In this document: positions 31,542 to 41,837 of the stretch, piece by piece
How positions within the stretch are numbered: the first letter of the stretch is position 1
Layout of the letters: each line of letters opens with the position of its first letter
NCBI GenBank assembly: GCA_964467255.1
Contig: CAYXPR010000007.1
Span: 320 to 64,319, forward strand
DNA: 64,000 bases
Origin: an uncultured Rickettsiales bacterium
GTDB lineage: Bacteria > Pseudomonadota > Alphaproteobacteria > Rickettsiales > RGZB01
Direction: 5' to 3'
Notes under the pieces: model-generated
What the model was told of the DNA's origin: nothing
What the model saw: the letters and a program-made list of their open reading frames with translations, nothing else
Databases searched by the model: none
Made by a program: the position numbers and the translations under genes

Positions 31542-32893
31542 TTCTTAGGCTGCTGCACAGGTTGTGCGGGCTTCATGTTTAAAATCTTGCCAAGCTGCTG
31601 GTAGCCGAGCTCCAGATTCGAGGCTTCCTCCGGCTGCTGGCGCAGGAAATCTTCCAACTTGTCGTGGTAATAAATGGCAGCATCCACTTCTGGATCGCTG
31701 CCCTTACGGTAGGCGCCGAGGCGAATCAGCTCTGACATGTCATTATAAGTAGCCATCAGCTGGCGTGCTTTTACGACCATTTGGTTTTCTTCCGGCGTGT
31801 TACAGGCTGGCATAGTACGCGACACGCTACGCAATATATTCACCGCCGGAAAGCGCCCGCGCTCTGCAATCAGCCTGTCGAGCACGATGTGACCATCTAG
31901 AATACCGCGCACAGCGTCTGAAATCGGTTCGTTATGGTCGTCACCTTCCACTAGCACGCTGAACAGGCCGGTGATAGAGCCTTTGCCAGTGCCCGGCCCA
32001 GCGCGCTCTAGCAACTTTGGTAGTTCTACAAATACGGTAGGAGTATAACCCTTTGTTGCAGGAGGCTCGCCTGCGGAAAGACCAATCTCGCGCTGCGCCA
32101 TAGCAAAGCGCGTGACACTATCCATCAGGCAGAGTACTTCCTGCCCTTGGTCACGGAAAAATTCTGCAATCGCCATCGTGAGATAGGCAGCCTGCTTGCG
32201 CACCAGCGCGGATTCGTTCGAGGTTGCCACCACCACCACCGCTTTTTCGAGGCCTTCTGCACCCAGATATTCATGAATGAATTCGTGCACTTCGCGGCCA
32301 CGTTCACCAATCAACCCGATGACCTTTACGTCAGCCGTGCAATATTTCGTGAGCATGGAAATCAGCATGGATTTACCCACGCCGGAGCCCGCAAAAATGC
32401 CCATACGTTGCCCACGACAGCAGGTGAGGAAAGTATTCACGGCGCGCACGCCTAAATCCATCTTGCCGCGCACCGGCAAACGTTTATGCGCCGGAGGCGG
32501 GTTGGCGCGGAACGGGTAGGCCACCTCGCCCATCTGGAGCGCGCCTTTTTCGTCAATCGGTTCGGCAAATGCGTTAAGGATTCGGCCCTTCCACGCCGCA
32601 TGCGGAAATGCTACCGCCTCGTTTTTCTCAATAATCACGCGGCAACCGCTGCCAATGCCTTCTACATCGGTAAACGGCATCATCATGGCAATGCCTGCGC
32701 GCAAGCCCACCACTTCCACGCCGACTTCGCGGCCATTTGTGGTGACAATTCGGCAGCGCGAACCAATGCTGACCATTCCTTCCAACCCCGCGCACTCAAT
32801 TAACAGACCTTGTACGGCAGTCACTTTGCCGTAGACTTCGCGGTCGTTAATTTCTTTAAGTTTGCGGATACTGATGTCGATTGGATCTGCCAC
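31538..32893 (-). CDS. fliI: Flagellum-specific ATPase FliI
   Basis: 451 aa with Walker A GSGVGKS, Walker B VLCLMDS and F1-beta-like fold. GTG start. Confidence 0.93.
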   Translation of the reverse strand: MADPIDISIRKLKEINDREVYGKVTAVQGLLIECAGLEGMVSIGSRCRIVTTNGREVGVEVVGLRAGIAMMMPFTDVEGIGSGCRVIIEKNEAVAFPHAAWKGRILNAFAEPIDEKGALQMGEVAYPFRANPPPAHKRLPVRGKMDLGVRAVNTFLTCCRGQRMGIFAGSGVGKSMLISMLTKYCTADVKVIGLIGERGREVHEFIHEYLGAEGLEKAVVVVATSNESALVRKQAAYLTMAIAEFFRDQGQEVLCLMDSVTRFAMAQREIGLSAGEPPATKGYTPTVFVELPKLLERAGPGTGKGSITGLFSVLVEGDDHNEPISDAVRGILDGHIVLDRLIAERGRFPAVNILRSVSRTMPACNTPEENQMVVKARQLMATYNDMSELIRLGAYRKGSDPEVDAAIYYHDKLEDFLRQQPEEASNLELGYQQLGKILNMKPAQPVQQPKK

Positions 32894-33008
32894 GGTGTAA
32901 TCTACTGAAATACCTATGGTTTATAAAACGCCTGTATTAAAATGAAACAGATTAAGTTATTGTTTATTAACAAAAAGTTACCTTTTTTACAAAATGGTAG
33001 TGTTTCCG

Positions 33009-33023
33009 TTAATAAAATGTTAA
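33009..33023. promoter_or_regulatory. Perfect CtrA box TTAA-N7-TTAA in the fliI/ctrA divergent region
   Basis: TTAATAAAATGTTAA about 80 nt upstream of ctrA. A second near-match, TTAACAAAAAGTTAC, lies at 32967..32981. Confidence 0.6.
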
Positions 33024-33102
33024 CATTTATACTATAGCGTGCTTTTGGTTAGGATAGCCACTTTCTGAACCTAAGTGCAACAAAATAGAGGGGGAGTTTG
33101 GG

Positions 33103-33909
33103 ATGCGAGTACTTCTGGTAGAGGATGATCCGTCGACAGCCAAATCTATTGAACTCGCGTTGGCATCTGAGGGTATCGTCTGCGATACCGCCGCGCTGGG
33201 TGAAGAAGGGTTGGAAATCGGCCAACTTTATGATTACGACATTGTAATCCTCGACATGATGCTCCCTGATATTGATGGTTTCGAAGTACTGCGCCGTTTC
33301 CGCGCAAATAAAATTAAAACTCCCATTCTTATTCTTTCCGGCTTAAATGGTTCTGACAGCAAAATCCGCGGCCTTGGCATCGGTGCTGACGACTATGTTA
33401 CCAAGCCGTTTAATAAAGGTGAGCTGGTAGCCCGTATTCAGGCGATTGTTCGCCGTTCTAAAGGTCATTCTGAATCTGTTATCCGCACCGGTAAGGTCAC
33501 CATTAATATGGATGAACGCTCGGTGGTGGTGGATAACAAGCCGCTGCACCTGACGAGCAAGGAATATGCGATTCTTGAGCTGCTTTCCTTACGCAAAGGT
33601 ACGCCGATTACCAAAGAAATGTTCCTCAACCACCTGTATGGCGGCATTGATGAACCTGAACTGAAAATTATCGACGTGTTCGTGTGTAAGCTGCGCAAAA
33701 AATTGCAGGATGCCGCTGAAGGCGAAAATTATATCGAAACACTCTGGGGACGTGGTTACATTATGCGTGACCCTGAAACCGGTAAAGAACAAGAAGCTTC
33801 AGGTGCTGCCAAAGCCTCTGCTGGCAAAGCCACGGTCAATAAAGCCGCTGCTGCCCCTGCAGGCAAAGGTACGCCGAAAAAAAAGCAAGCACTGCTGGCT
33901 GAAGCTTAG
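33103..33909 (+). CDS. ctrA: Cell-cycle response regulator CtrA with about 40-aa Ala/Lys/Pro-rich C-terminal extension
   Basis: OmpR-family regulator, MRVLLVEDD...[10 protein letters not shown]...[12 protein letters not shown], typical of CtrA. RBS AGAGGGGGAG. The tail is [42 protein letters not shown]. Confidence 0.9.
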   Translation: MRVLLVEDDPSTAKSIELALASEGIVCDTAALGEEGLEIGQLYDYDIVILDMMLPDIDGFEVLRRFRANKIKTPILILSGLNGSDSKIRGLGIGADDYVTKPFNKGELVARIQAIVRRSKGHSESVIRTGKVTINMDERSVVVDNKPLHLTSKEYAILELLSLRKGTPITKEMFLNHLYGGIDEPELKIIDVFVCKLRKKLQDAAEGENYIETLWGRGYIMRDPETGKEQEASGAAKASAGKATVNKAAAAPAGKGTPKKKQALLAEA

Positions 33910-33934
33910 AAAGAACCACCACAGCCAAGAAGAA

Positions 33935-33962
33935 AAACGGGCGGTTTTACGCCCGTTTTTTT
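33935..33962 (+). terminator. Rho-independent terminator after ctrA
   Basis: AAACGGGCG-GTTTTA-CGCCCGTTT followed by a T run. Confidence 0.85.
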
Positions 33963-34041
33963 ATAGCCGCACCGTTCAATAAAATTTTTGGACAAGCATC
34001 GCTGCTTTACGCTATGTTCGCGGGGATCAGAGATAAAAAAC

Positions 34042-34566
34042 ATGAAACGCATTTATATTCTGCGCCACGCCAAAGCGGGCCAGCCCCATAAGAAATTAAC
34101 GTCAGACCACGGCCGCATTTTGCACCCCAAAGGCATAAAGGCGTGCGAAGCCATCGGGCATTATCTGACCGCCATAAAAGCGGACTTCACGCACGTGCTC
34201 TGCTCAGATGCCACACGCACCACCCATACGGCCGAGCTGGTGCTGAAACACTTCGGCAAAAATATACCCACCGAACACCGCCACGACATCTACCTCGCCA
34301 GCGCCGAGGAGCTAATTGAAGTCATCCGCCAAGCAGATGACGCGCATAAAAGTATTTTACTGGTGGGGCATAACCCCGGATTGCACTTGCTTGCCATGCG
34401 CCTGACCGAACATGGAAATGAAACACTCATCCACAGCATGACAGAAAACTTCCCCACTGGAGCATTAGCGGTGATTGAGCTGAATTGTGATGCGTGGTGG
34501 GATGTGTATAAGGCGGAAGGCACACTCACGCACTTCACCTTCCCAAAAGAACTCAACGGCGAATAA
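34042..34566 (+). CDS. sixA: SixA-type phosphohistidine phosphatase
   Basis: Starts MKRIYILRHAKAG (RHA/G motif) with a second catalytic His in LLVGHNPG. The TTG 33988 extension in the track is rejected. Confidence 0.75.
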   Translation: MKRIYILRHAKAGQPHKKLTSDHGRILHPKGIKACEAIGHYLTAIKADFTHVLCSDATRTTHTAELVLKHFGKNIPTEHRHDIYLASAEELIEVIRQADDAHKSILLVGHNPGLHLLAMRLTEHGNETLIHSMTENFPTGALAVIELNCDAWWDVYKAEGTLTHFTFPKELNGE

Positions 34567-34571
34567 CCGCG

Positions 34572-35243
34572 TTATAAGAGAGAGCTTTGACCGAAGGCTT
34601 TTTCGAGCACTTCACGCGCCAGCGCAATGGTGATATTACGGCGCTGCTCAAGCGATGTTTTATCGAGCGCGGTGATCACATCCATCGCCGCACGGAAGGT
34701 GCGCGGCATGCGGGCAATCAGGTAATTCACCACTTCAGGCGATACTTTAAGCTGACGGTCAGCCAGTTGTTTCAGCAGCACCGTGCGCAGTAATGTGTCA
34801 TCCGGCGCATCAATCCGCACACGTTGCGCGGCCAGCAAACGCGAGCGTAAATCAGGCAGGTGCAGTGGAAGCAACTCCAGTTCCTGCGCAGAGGTGAGTA
34901 GTATTTTGCCCCCCTGCTCTTTGATATGATTGAGTAGATGGAACAACGCCGTTTCAGATGCAAGCTGCTCGATATTTTCTACCACCACGAACCGCAATTG
35001 TGGCTCAAGCGACTGCTCGTTCAGTTTCGCCGCATTTAGAAATATAGCGTGATGCTGTGCCGCCCAAATGGAAGCCAAGTGCGTTTTGCCTGAAGCTGCA
35101 GCACCCACGAGCGCCAGCGCAGCCCCAAGCCACGGCGCATCGTTCAGCAGTAGCGCAGCGGCAGCCTTGTTGGCGTCTGACACCACATAATTTTCGGCAG
35201 AATAATCAGCTTTGTTTTCAAAACGCAATGGCTGTTGCGGCAT
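34572..35243 (-). CDS. hdaA: DnaA regulatory inactivator HdaA
   Basis: 223 aa, DnaA-domain-III-like, with P-loop GAAASGKTHLASIW. Confidence 0.8.
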   Translation of the reverse strand: MPQQPLRFENKADYSAENYVVSDANKAAAALLLNDAPWLGAALALVGAAASGKTHLASIWAAQHHAIFLNAAKLNEQSLEPQLRFVVVENIEQLASETALFHLLNHIKEQGGKILLTSAQELELLPLHLPDLRSRLLAAQRVRIDAPDDTLLRTVLLKQLADRQLKVSPEVVNYLIARMPRTFRAAMDVITALDKTSLEQRRNITIALAREVLEKAFGQSSLL

Positions 35244-35244
35244 A

Positions 35245-36336
35245 TTATTTCGCCCGCTTCACCTTCACACCTGATTTAGGCCTTTCAGCATAAAGGCTGC
35301 TGGCGAGATATTGCGCGATAGCAAAACGCACGAGCACTGCCACAATCGCTGCAAGCGGCACAGCAATCAGCACACCCAAGAAGCCGAACAGCGCACCACC
35401 CGAAAGCAGCGCAAAAATAATCCACACCGGATGAAGGCCGACTTTATCGCCCACCAGACGTGGTGTGATAAAGTTTCCCTCCACAAATTGCCCTGCAGCA
35501 AACACAGCCGCTACCATCAACACGTGCGTGATGTCATGTGTTTGGAAGAAGGCTACCGAAAGCCCCAGCACCGTGCCAACGAGCATGCCCATGTAAGGGA
35601 TGAACGACAGCAAACCCGTCAGGATGCCAATCAGCACGCCATAACTTAGGCCAACGGCGCTAAGGCCTGTGGCATAAAAAATGGCAAGCAGCATACATAC
35701 GTTCGTTTGCCCACGGATAAAACCGGAAATACCCCTGTCCATAAGGCGCAACTGTTCGCGGATAGTTTTAGCCGACTTGCGTGGCAGCCAGCTGTCGATT
35801 TTTGCTTTGATACGGTCCCAGTCGCGCAGAATATAAAACGCCACGATGGGGCTAATGAAAATGAGCGATACAATGTTGAGGAACGCCATGCCGGATTTAA
35901 ATACACCCGCCGCAAGGTTGCCACCAATGCCGAGTGCCTGCGTGGCGTAGCCCGTGGCCGATTCTTTGATTTTGCTGACGGCATCCTCATTCACGCCATC
36001 GATAATTTCCAGCACGCGCGGCGCATATTTATCACTCGCTTCAGAAATATAACCCGGAAGATTGCTCGCAAGGGTGGTGAACTGCTCCACCATGATGGGT
36101 AGGATAAATGCAAGAGCACCGATAAAAATGCCTGAAAATACCACCACAATCATGAGCGCTGCAATGCCGCGCGAAATGCCGGAAGCTTCCATTTTATCTG
36201 CCAGCGGATCCAGGAAGTATGCCAGCAGAATGCCCACCACGAAGGGCAGCAACACATCGTTAATTGCGGCCACAAAGTAACCCGCTAATACCACAAGGCA
36301 TACCCAGAACAGCGCTTTAACGTAAATCGATTGCAT
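35245..36336 (-). CDS. AI-2E family transporter (PerM/UPF0118)
   Basis: 363 aa, polytopic, with the C-terminal half typical of AI-2E permeases. Confidence 0.8.
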   Translation of the reverse strand: MQSIYVKALFWVCLVVLAGYFVAAINDVLLPFVVGILLAYFLDPLADKMEASGISRGIAALMIVVVFSGIFIGALAFILPIMVEQFTTLASNLPGYISEASDKYAPRVLEIIDGVNEDAVSKIKESATGYATQALGIGGNLAAGVFKSGMAFLNIVSLIFISPIVAFYILRDWDRIKAKIDSWLPRKSAKTIREQLRLMDRGISGFIRGQTNVCMLLAIFYATGLSAVGLSYGVLIGILTGLLSFIPYMGMLVGTVLGLSVAFFQTHDITHVLMVAAVFAAGQFVEGNFITPRLVGDKVGLHPVWIIFALLSGGALFGFLGVLIAVPLAAIVAVLVRFAIAQYLASSLYAERPKSGVKVKRAK

Positions 36337-36348
36337 GGTTTCCCCTTT

Positions 36349-37446
36349 TTATTTTGGCGTGAGCCACCACTGGCCATCTTTATTATTTTTAAGCACATAG
36401 CCCGACTGGTGCAAGAAATAGGTGAGCGTGGAGAAATCTCCCTGATATATGATAGTCGCCCGCGCGCGATTGCTGGCAATGTTTTCCACCCGCATGGTTT
36501 TCACGCCCTGCACTTTCGCAATGTCATTTTTAAGGCGGTGCCATTGGGCAATGTTATTGATAGGAATATCCACCGTAATCTGCTGTTCTTCCTTGCTCTC
36601 ACCGCTTTGCTGAATGGCTGTATTTTTGAGGCTTTCCGCCACGCGACTAATTGCCTCTTTTGCCGAGCGCTCCAGCAGCACTTTTTTATCCATCCCCACC
36701 TGCCCGTTATAAGTGTGCTTGGAGCGGTCTAAAATCGTCTCTTTCTGCACCACGCGCAAAATCACTTCCAGTGTGGGCCTTTTCGTTACCGGCTCTTCCT
36801 CATACACCGCCTCGGCAATCAGCACCCTTCCGGCATCATATTTTTTTGCCAGCTTGGAAAGCGCTGAGAACTGGCCCGAAAAAGCATCCTCCACCCCCAC
36901 GAGAGTGATGTCTTCCAAGTCACCCATCGGCACCACCAACGGCAAAGTTTTCTGTGCTGAAGCAGCTTTGGACCACGCATCGCGCCAGATATTCGCTTTT
37001 TCCCACAGCAGCACTTCACTCCCTTTTTGGAAAATCGGCAGCACTAGCACCGAGGGGCTAACATTTTCAACAAACGTTATGCCTAGGCCGTTTAAAAACC
37101 CCTCCACCTTTTTGCGGTCGAAGGTAATGGTGAAGCTGGCTTTGTAGGTTTTTTCGCCTACTTTTTCGTCTGCTACCTCATAACCAGAAACCAAGTTGCT
37201 GATGCCCTGTGATGAAAGGTCGGGGATACGGCTGCGGTCCTGCGGAAGGGTGATGTTTTCTAAAAGCTGCTTGAATGCGGCCTCCTGCGCGGCAGCCAGT
37301 GCCTCAACCCGCGAAAGCTCGGAATTGGCCGCCGAGCGCGAAATTTCAACCTGTTTAATGGTAAAGTTTTCCTGCGCGTGGGCTGAAAGCGGCCAAATGC
37401 CGGAAAGGCATAGAAACATGGCAAAAAAGATTTTCAAACCCTGCAT
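36349..37446 (-). CDS. Secreted protein of unknown function (DUF2066-like)
   Basis: 365 aa with signal peptide MQGLKIFFAMFLCLSGIWPLSAHA. The family assignment is recall only. Confidence 0.4.
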   Translation of the reverse strand: MQGLKIFFAMFLCLSGIWPLSAHAQENFTIKQVEISRSAANSELSRVEALAAAQEAAFKQLLENITLPQDRSRIPDLSSQGISNLVSGYEVADEKVGEKTYKASFTITFDRKKVEGFLNGLGITFVENVSPSVLVLPIFQKGSEVLLWEKANIWRDAWSKAASAQKTLPLVVPMGDLEDITLVGVEDAFSGQFSALSKLAKKYDAGRVLIAEAVYEEEPVTKRPTLEVILRVVQKETILDRSKHTYNGQVGMDKKVLLERSAKEAISRVAESLKNTAIQQSGESKEEQQITVDIPINNIAQWHRLKNDIAKVQGVKTMRVENIASNRARATIIYQGDFSTLTYFLHQSGYVLKNNKDGQWWLTPK

Positions 37447-37548
37447 ATTGCACCCTTGTGCTTACGGATAATTCGCACTAATGTATGCGCCGCTAGGAAG
37501 TTATAAAGTGATTGCTTCCATGTTTCTACCCTAATCTGGAACAAATCT

Positions 37549-38604
37549 GTGGCAAAGAAAAACAGCAAAACCACCTATGCCAAGGCAGGTGTGAATATCG
37601 ACGAAGGCAACCGCCTCGTTGACTTGATTAAACCCTTCGCCCGCGCCACGCGCCGCAAAGGCGCCGACGCCGACCTTGGTGGATTTGGCGGGTTGTTTGA
37701 CCTGAAGCCTCTCAATTATAAAGACCCCGTGCTGGTTTCCTCCACCGACGGTGTGGGCACCAAGCTGAAGCTGGCCATTAGCCTGAATAAGCACGACACT
37801 ATCGGCATCGACCTTGTCGCCATGTGTGTGAATGATTTGATTGTGCAAGGTGCCGAGCCGCTCTTTTTCCTCGATTATTTTGCCACGGGCAAACTGAATG
37901 CCGATAATGCGGCGCAGGTGATTAAAGGCATCGCCGACGGCTGCAAACAAGCAGGCTGCGCGCTGGTGGGTGGTGAGACCGCCGAAATGCCCGGCATCTA
38001 TAGCGCCGATGAATATGACCTTGCCGGATTTTCCGTCGGCATCGTGGAGCGCAAAAATATCCTGCCGAAAAAAGGCGTGAAAGTGGGTGACATACTGCTC
38101 GGCCTGCCCTCAAGCGGCGTGCACTCGAATGGCTATTCGCTGGTACGTTATATTTTAAGCACGCAAGGCCTCACCTATAACGACAAAGCGCCATTTGACA
38201 CCAAGCGCACACTGGGACAAGTGCTGCTCACCCCGACGATTATTTATGTAAAAGCCTGCCAGCCTGCGATTAAAGCAGGGGTGATAAAAGCCATGGCACA
38301 CATTACCGGTGGCGGTATTACCGAAAACCTGCCGCGCGTACTGCCGAAAAATGTGTCAGCGGAAGTGGATCTTAGCGCGTGGAAGCAATCCGCCCTGTTC
38401 AAATGGCTTGCCAAAGCAGGCGGCGTGGAAAACAGCGAGATGCTGAAAACATTCAATTGCGGCATCGGCATGATTATCGTGGTCGATAAAAAAGACGCTG
38501 CGAAAGCAAAGAAGTTACTTAAAGGCGCGGTGGAGCTTGGCAAAATTACCGCCAAAAAATCCAGCCGCGTGGCGTATAAAAACACAGGGGCGTTTTTGAA
38601 GTAA
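37549..38604 (+). CDS. purM: Phosphoribosylformylglycinamidine cyclo-ligase
   Basis: 351 aa of the AIR synthase family ([16 protein letters not shown]). Confidence 0.96.
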   Translation: MAKKNSKTTYAKAGVNIDEGNRLVDLIKPFARATRRKGADADLGGFGGLFDLKPLNYKDPVLVSSTDGVGTKLKLAISLNKHDTIGIDLVAMCVNDLIVQGAEPLFFLDYFATGKLNADNAAQVIKGIADGCKQAGCALVGGETAEMPGIYSADEYDLAGFSVGIVERKNILPKKGVKVGDILLGLPSSGVHSNGYSLVRYILSTQGLTYNDKAPFDTKRTLGQVLLTPTIIYVKACQPAIKAGVIKAMAHITGGGITENLPRVLPKNVSAEVDLSAWKQSALFKWLAKAGGVENSEMLKTFNCGIGMIIVVDKKDAAKAKKLLKGAVELGKITAKKSSRVAYKNTGAFLK

Positions 38605-38607
38605 GGC

Positions 38608-39252
38608 ATGGCAAAATTACTGAAGGTAGCAGCGCTGATTTCTGGCAGGGGGAGCAACCTGCAAGCGCTGATTGATGCCGCCAAACAGCCTGACTACCCC
38701 GCCGAAATTGTTGCCGTTATCTCAAACAAGGCCGATGCCAAAGGCCTAGACCGTGCCAAAGCGGCTGGTATTAGAACCCATGTGGTGAATCATAAAGAGT
38801 TTGACGGGCGCGACGCGTTTGACGCCGCCTTGCATGAAACGATTGTAAAAAGCGGGGCAAACTTTGTGTGCCTTGCAGGCTTCATGCGCTTGCTCACCCC
38901 CGGCTTTGTGCGGAAGTGGGAAGGAAAAATGATTAACATTCATCCTTCCCTGCTGCCTGCCTTTAAAGGCGCGCATGCGCATGAGGAGGTGATAAAAAGC
39001 GGCGTGAAATTGAGCGGTTGCACCGTGCATTTCGTGGTGCCGGAGATGGATGCGGGACCGATTATTATGCAAGCCGCCGTGCCAGTGCTGGATGGCGATA
39101 CGGCAGAAACCCTCGCCGCCCGCGTGCTGGAAGTGGAGCACAAAACTCTGCCAGCCGCGCTGAAGCTGATTGCCGAAGGCAAGGTAAAGGCCGACGGAAA
39201 AGTCGCCACAAACACAAAGGCCGGTGGCTTTTTAATTAGCCCCGGCCTTTAG
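38608..39252 (+). CDS. purN: Phosphoribosylglycinamide formyltransferase
   Basis: 214 aa with ISGRGSNL and NIHPSLLP motifs. Confidence 0.95.
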   Translation: MAKLLKVAALISGRGSNLQALIDAAKQPDYPAEIVAVISNKADAKGLDRAKAAGIRTHVVNHKEFDGRDAFDAALHETIVKSGANFVCLAGFMRLLTPGFVRKWEGKMINIHPSLLPAFKGAHAHEEVIKSGVKLSGCTVHFVVPEMDAGPIIMQAAVPVLDGDTAETLAARVLEVEHKTLPAALKLIAEGKVKADGKVATNTKAGGFLISPGL

Positions 39253-39277
39253 TTTTTTCTTGAAATTATTTAGCTAA

Positions 39278-39700
39278 CTAGCCAACGATTTCGATTTCGC
39301 TGAAGAAGAATGCGACTTCGCCGCGAGCCGTTTCAGGCGCATCAGAACCATGTACGCAGTTTTCGCCAATGCTGTCAGCAAAGTCAGCGCGAATCGTGCC
39401 CTTGTCGGCTTTTTTAGGGTCTGTTGCACCCATGATTTCGCGGTTCTTCGCGATGGCGTTATCGCCTTCAAGCACCTGCACCACCACCGGGCCAGACACC
39501 ATGAATTCTACCAGTTCGTCAAAGAACGGGCGCTCTTTATGCACCGCATAAAACAGGCGTGCTTCACGACGGCTAAGGAAAACGCGCTTCTGCGCTACAA
39601 TGCGCAGGCCTTTTTCTTCAAAGCGTGCATTGATTTTACCCGTGATGTTCTTTTTGGTCGCATCCGGCTTAATGATAGAAAGCGTACGTTCAATCGCCAT
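39278..39700 (-). CDS. ndk: Nucleoside diphosphate kinase
   Basis: 140 aa with [10 protein letters not shown] and NCVHGSD active-site His. Confidence 0.97.
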   Translation of the reverse strand: MAIERTLSIIKPDATKKNITGKINARFEEKGLRIVAQKRVFLSRREARLFYAVHKERPFFDELVEFMVSGPVVVQVLEGDNAIAKNREIMGATDPKKADKGTIRADFADSIGENCVHGSDAPETARGEVAFFFSEIEIVG

Positions 39701-39795
39701 GGGGGATATCCGTTCTTTATTAACCTAAAATTGTGGAGCGAATTTAACCATTTACCTACAGTTTGCAACAAAAAAGTGCAAACTGGCGCCAGGGC

Positions 39796-40245
39796 TTAAG
39801 CGGCCTCTTCCCAGCCGCCCTTTTCATTCTGGCGGAAATACTTGGTTTTCAGCCCCTGATGTTTGTATTTCGCCCAGCGGGCGCGGGCCGCAGCAAGTTG
39901 GGTTTCATCCCGCCCATCAAATACATCCAGCACGCGGGAAAATTCTGGTAAAAAGGCAGGTTCCTGCCCATCCACCAACACCAGCATTTCGGCCTTGTTG
40001 GGGTTCTCTTCCTTTTGGGTGAGGAAAATCGGCTGCTTTTCGGCCTGACCATCCTTCTCCGTACCGTGCGGCAGGAATTTGGGTGAACTATACGTCCACA
40101 GCACGTTATCGAGCGTTTTGAGCTTGGCTTCCTCTTTTACCAATACGAGGCCACGCTTGCCGCTGGCCAACACCTTCTCCATCAGCAGGGGAAGTGCTTT
40201 TTCCAGCGGCGTGTTCGTGAGTTGGTAAAAACTAATTTCAGCCAT
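39796..40245 (-). CDS. holC: DNA polymerase III chi subunit
   Basis: 149 aa, FYQL...LWTY...FLPHG, immediately downstream of pepA as in many proteobacteria. Confidence 0.85.
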   Translation of the reverse strand: MAEISFYQLTNTPLEKALPLLMEKVLASGKRGLVLVKEEAKLKTLDNVLWTYSSPKFLPHGTEKDGQAEKQPIFLTQKEENPNKAEMLVLVDGQEPAFLPEFSRVLDVFDGRDETQLAAARARWAKYKHQGLKTKYFRQNEKGGWEEAA

Positions 40246-40249
40246 ATGC

Positions 40250-41737
40250 TTATTTTTCGTAATAGTCGGCTACCAGCCTGTCGAGCAGACGCACACCAAA
40301 ACCGGTTGCACCTTCAGGGGTGGTGTCGAGGTTCTTTTTCGTCCATGCCACACCAGCAATGTCCAGATGCGCCCATGCGGTTTTATTCACAAAGCGCTGG
40401 AGGAATTGCGCTGCGGTGATGGAGCCCGCGCCGCGTTCGTTTCCGATGTTCTGCATGTCCGCGATTTTAGAGTCAATCTGACGGTCATACGCATCCGACA
40501 GCGGGAAGCGCCACAGTTTTTCATTCACCTTTTCACCAGCCTTGATAAGGCGCTCGGACAGCTCATCGTTATTTGAGAATATGCCGGCATATTCACTGCC
40601 AAGAGAAATAACAATCGCACCCGTGAGGGTGGCAAGGTTCACCATGAATTTTGGCTTAAAGCGGCCTTGTGTGTACCACAATGCATCGGCCAGCACGAGG
40701 CGACCCTCTGCATCCGTATTCAGTACTTCAATCGTTTGACCGGACATCGACGTTACCACGTCGCTCGGGCGCTGCGCGGAACCAGATGGCATGTTTTCCA
40801 CAAGGCCAACCACACCCACGGCGTTCACTTTGGCTTTGCGGCCAGCAAGGGCACGGATGGTGCCAACGACGGCGGCGGAACCGCCCATGTCATATTTCAT
40901 GTCTTCCATGCCGGTGGATGGTTTAATAGAAATACCACCCGTGTCGAACGTGACACCCTTGCCCACAAACGCCACCGGCGTTTTGCCCGCAGCACCACCG
41001 TTATATTGCATGATGACCATTTTAGATTCCTGAACACTGCCCTGCCCCACACCCAGCAGCGAGCCCATGCCCAGCTTCGTCATTTCCTTCACACCAAGAA
41101 CTTCAACCTTCACGCCCAGCGGGGTGAGTTCTTTTTTGATGCGTTCAGCATAAGATGCAGGATAAATAACGTTCGGCGGCTCAGTGACCACGTCACGCGC
41201 AAGGAACACACCTGCGCGCACTTTGTCGAGTTTGGCAAACAGGCTGGAGGCCTTCTGGCTATCCTGCGCGGCCACCGTGATTTTTTTGAGCGACGGTTTT
41301 TTGTCGTCTTCCATTTTGGTGAAGTATTTGTCGAAGCGGTAACTTTTCAGCGCGGCACCATAGGCCACCTGAGCCGCAATATCGGCCGCTTTCAATTTTT
41401 TGGAGGAGGCCTCTGCCACCACCGTTGCAGATTCCGCACGGAGCGCGTTTAGCAGCGGCACAATCGCGCCGCCCACTGCCTGCGCGGAAAGCTCATCCAC
41501 ATCGGCTTCTTTGCCAAGCCCTGCCACCACTACGGCATCAAGCCCTGCAGCAGCCAGCACCGTGAGCGTTTTGCCTTTTTTTCCTTTGAATTTTGCAGCC
41601 TTGATGGCTTTTTTAATGGCACCGCCTGCTTTTTTATCCAATGCCTCTGCCGTGGGGGAAAGCTTTAAGGATTCCCCAACCAGAACAACCGCAACAGCTT
41701 TTGACGGAAGTGTTGGCTTTGAAAATTGGATTTCCAT
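40250..41737 (-). CDS. pepA: Leucyl aminopeptidase (M17)
   Basis: NTDAEGRLVLADAL motif. The start at MEIQFSK (41737) is preferred over ATG 41752. Confidence 0.95.
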   Translation of the reverse strand: MEIQFSKPTLPSKAVAVVLVGESLKLSPTAEALDKKAGGAIKKAIKAAKFKGKKGKTLTVLAAAGLDAVVVAGLGKEADVDELSAQAVGGAIVPLLNALRAESATVVAEASSKKLKAADIAAQVAYGAALKSYRFDKYFTKMEDDKKPSLKKITVAAQDSQKASSLFAKLDKVRAGVFLARDVVTEPPNVIYPASYAERIKKELTPLGVKVEVLGVKEMTKLGMGSLLGVGQGSVQESKMVIMQYNGGAAGKTPVAFVGKGVTFDTGGISIKPSTGMEDMKYDMGGSAAVVGTIRALAGRKAKVNAVGVVGLVENMPSGSAQRPSDVVTSMSGQTIEVLNTDAEGRLVLADALWYTQGRFKPKFMVNLATLTGAIVISLGSEYAGIFSNNDELSERLIKAGEKVNEKLWRFPLSDAYDRQIDSKIADMQNIGNERGAGSITAAQFLQRFVNKTAWAHLDIAGVAWTKKNLDTTPEGATGFGVRLLDRLVADYYEK

Positions 41738-41757
41738 AGTATATAACCTCATTAAAG

Positions 41758-41772
41758 TTAAGCAGGGTTTAA
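41758..41772. promoter_or_regulatory. TTAA-N7-TTAA (CtrA-type) motif in the pepA/lptF divergent region
   Basis: TTAAGCAGGGTTTAA. This is motif occurrence only. Confidence 0.3.
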
Positions 41773-41837
41773 GTTACAAAGGCACAGTAAATGATGTATA
41801 GATGCCACGTGCCAGAATCAAGACAGAATATGAAGTG

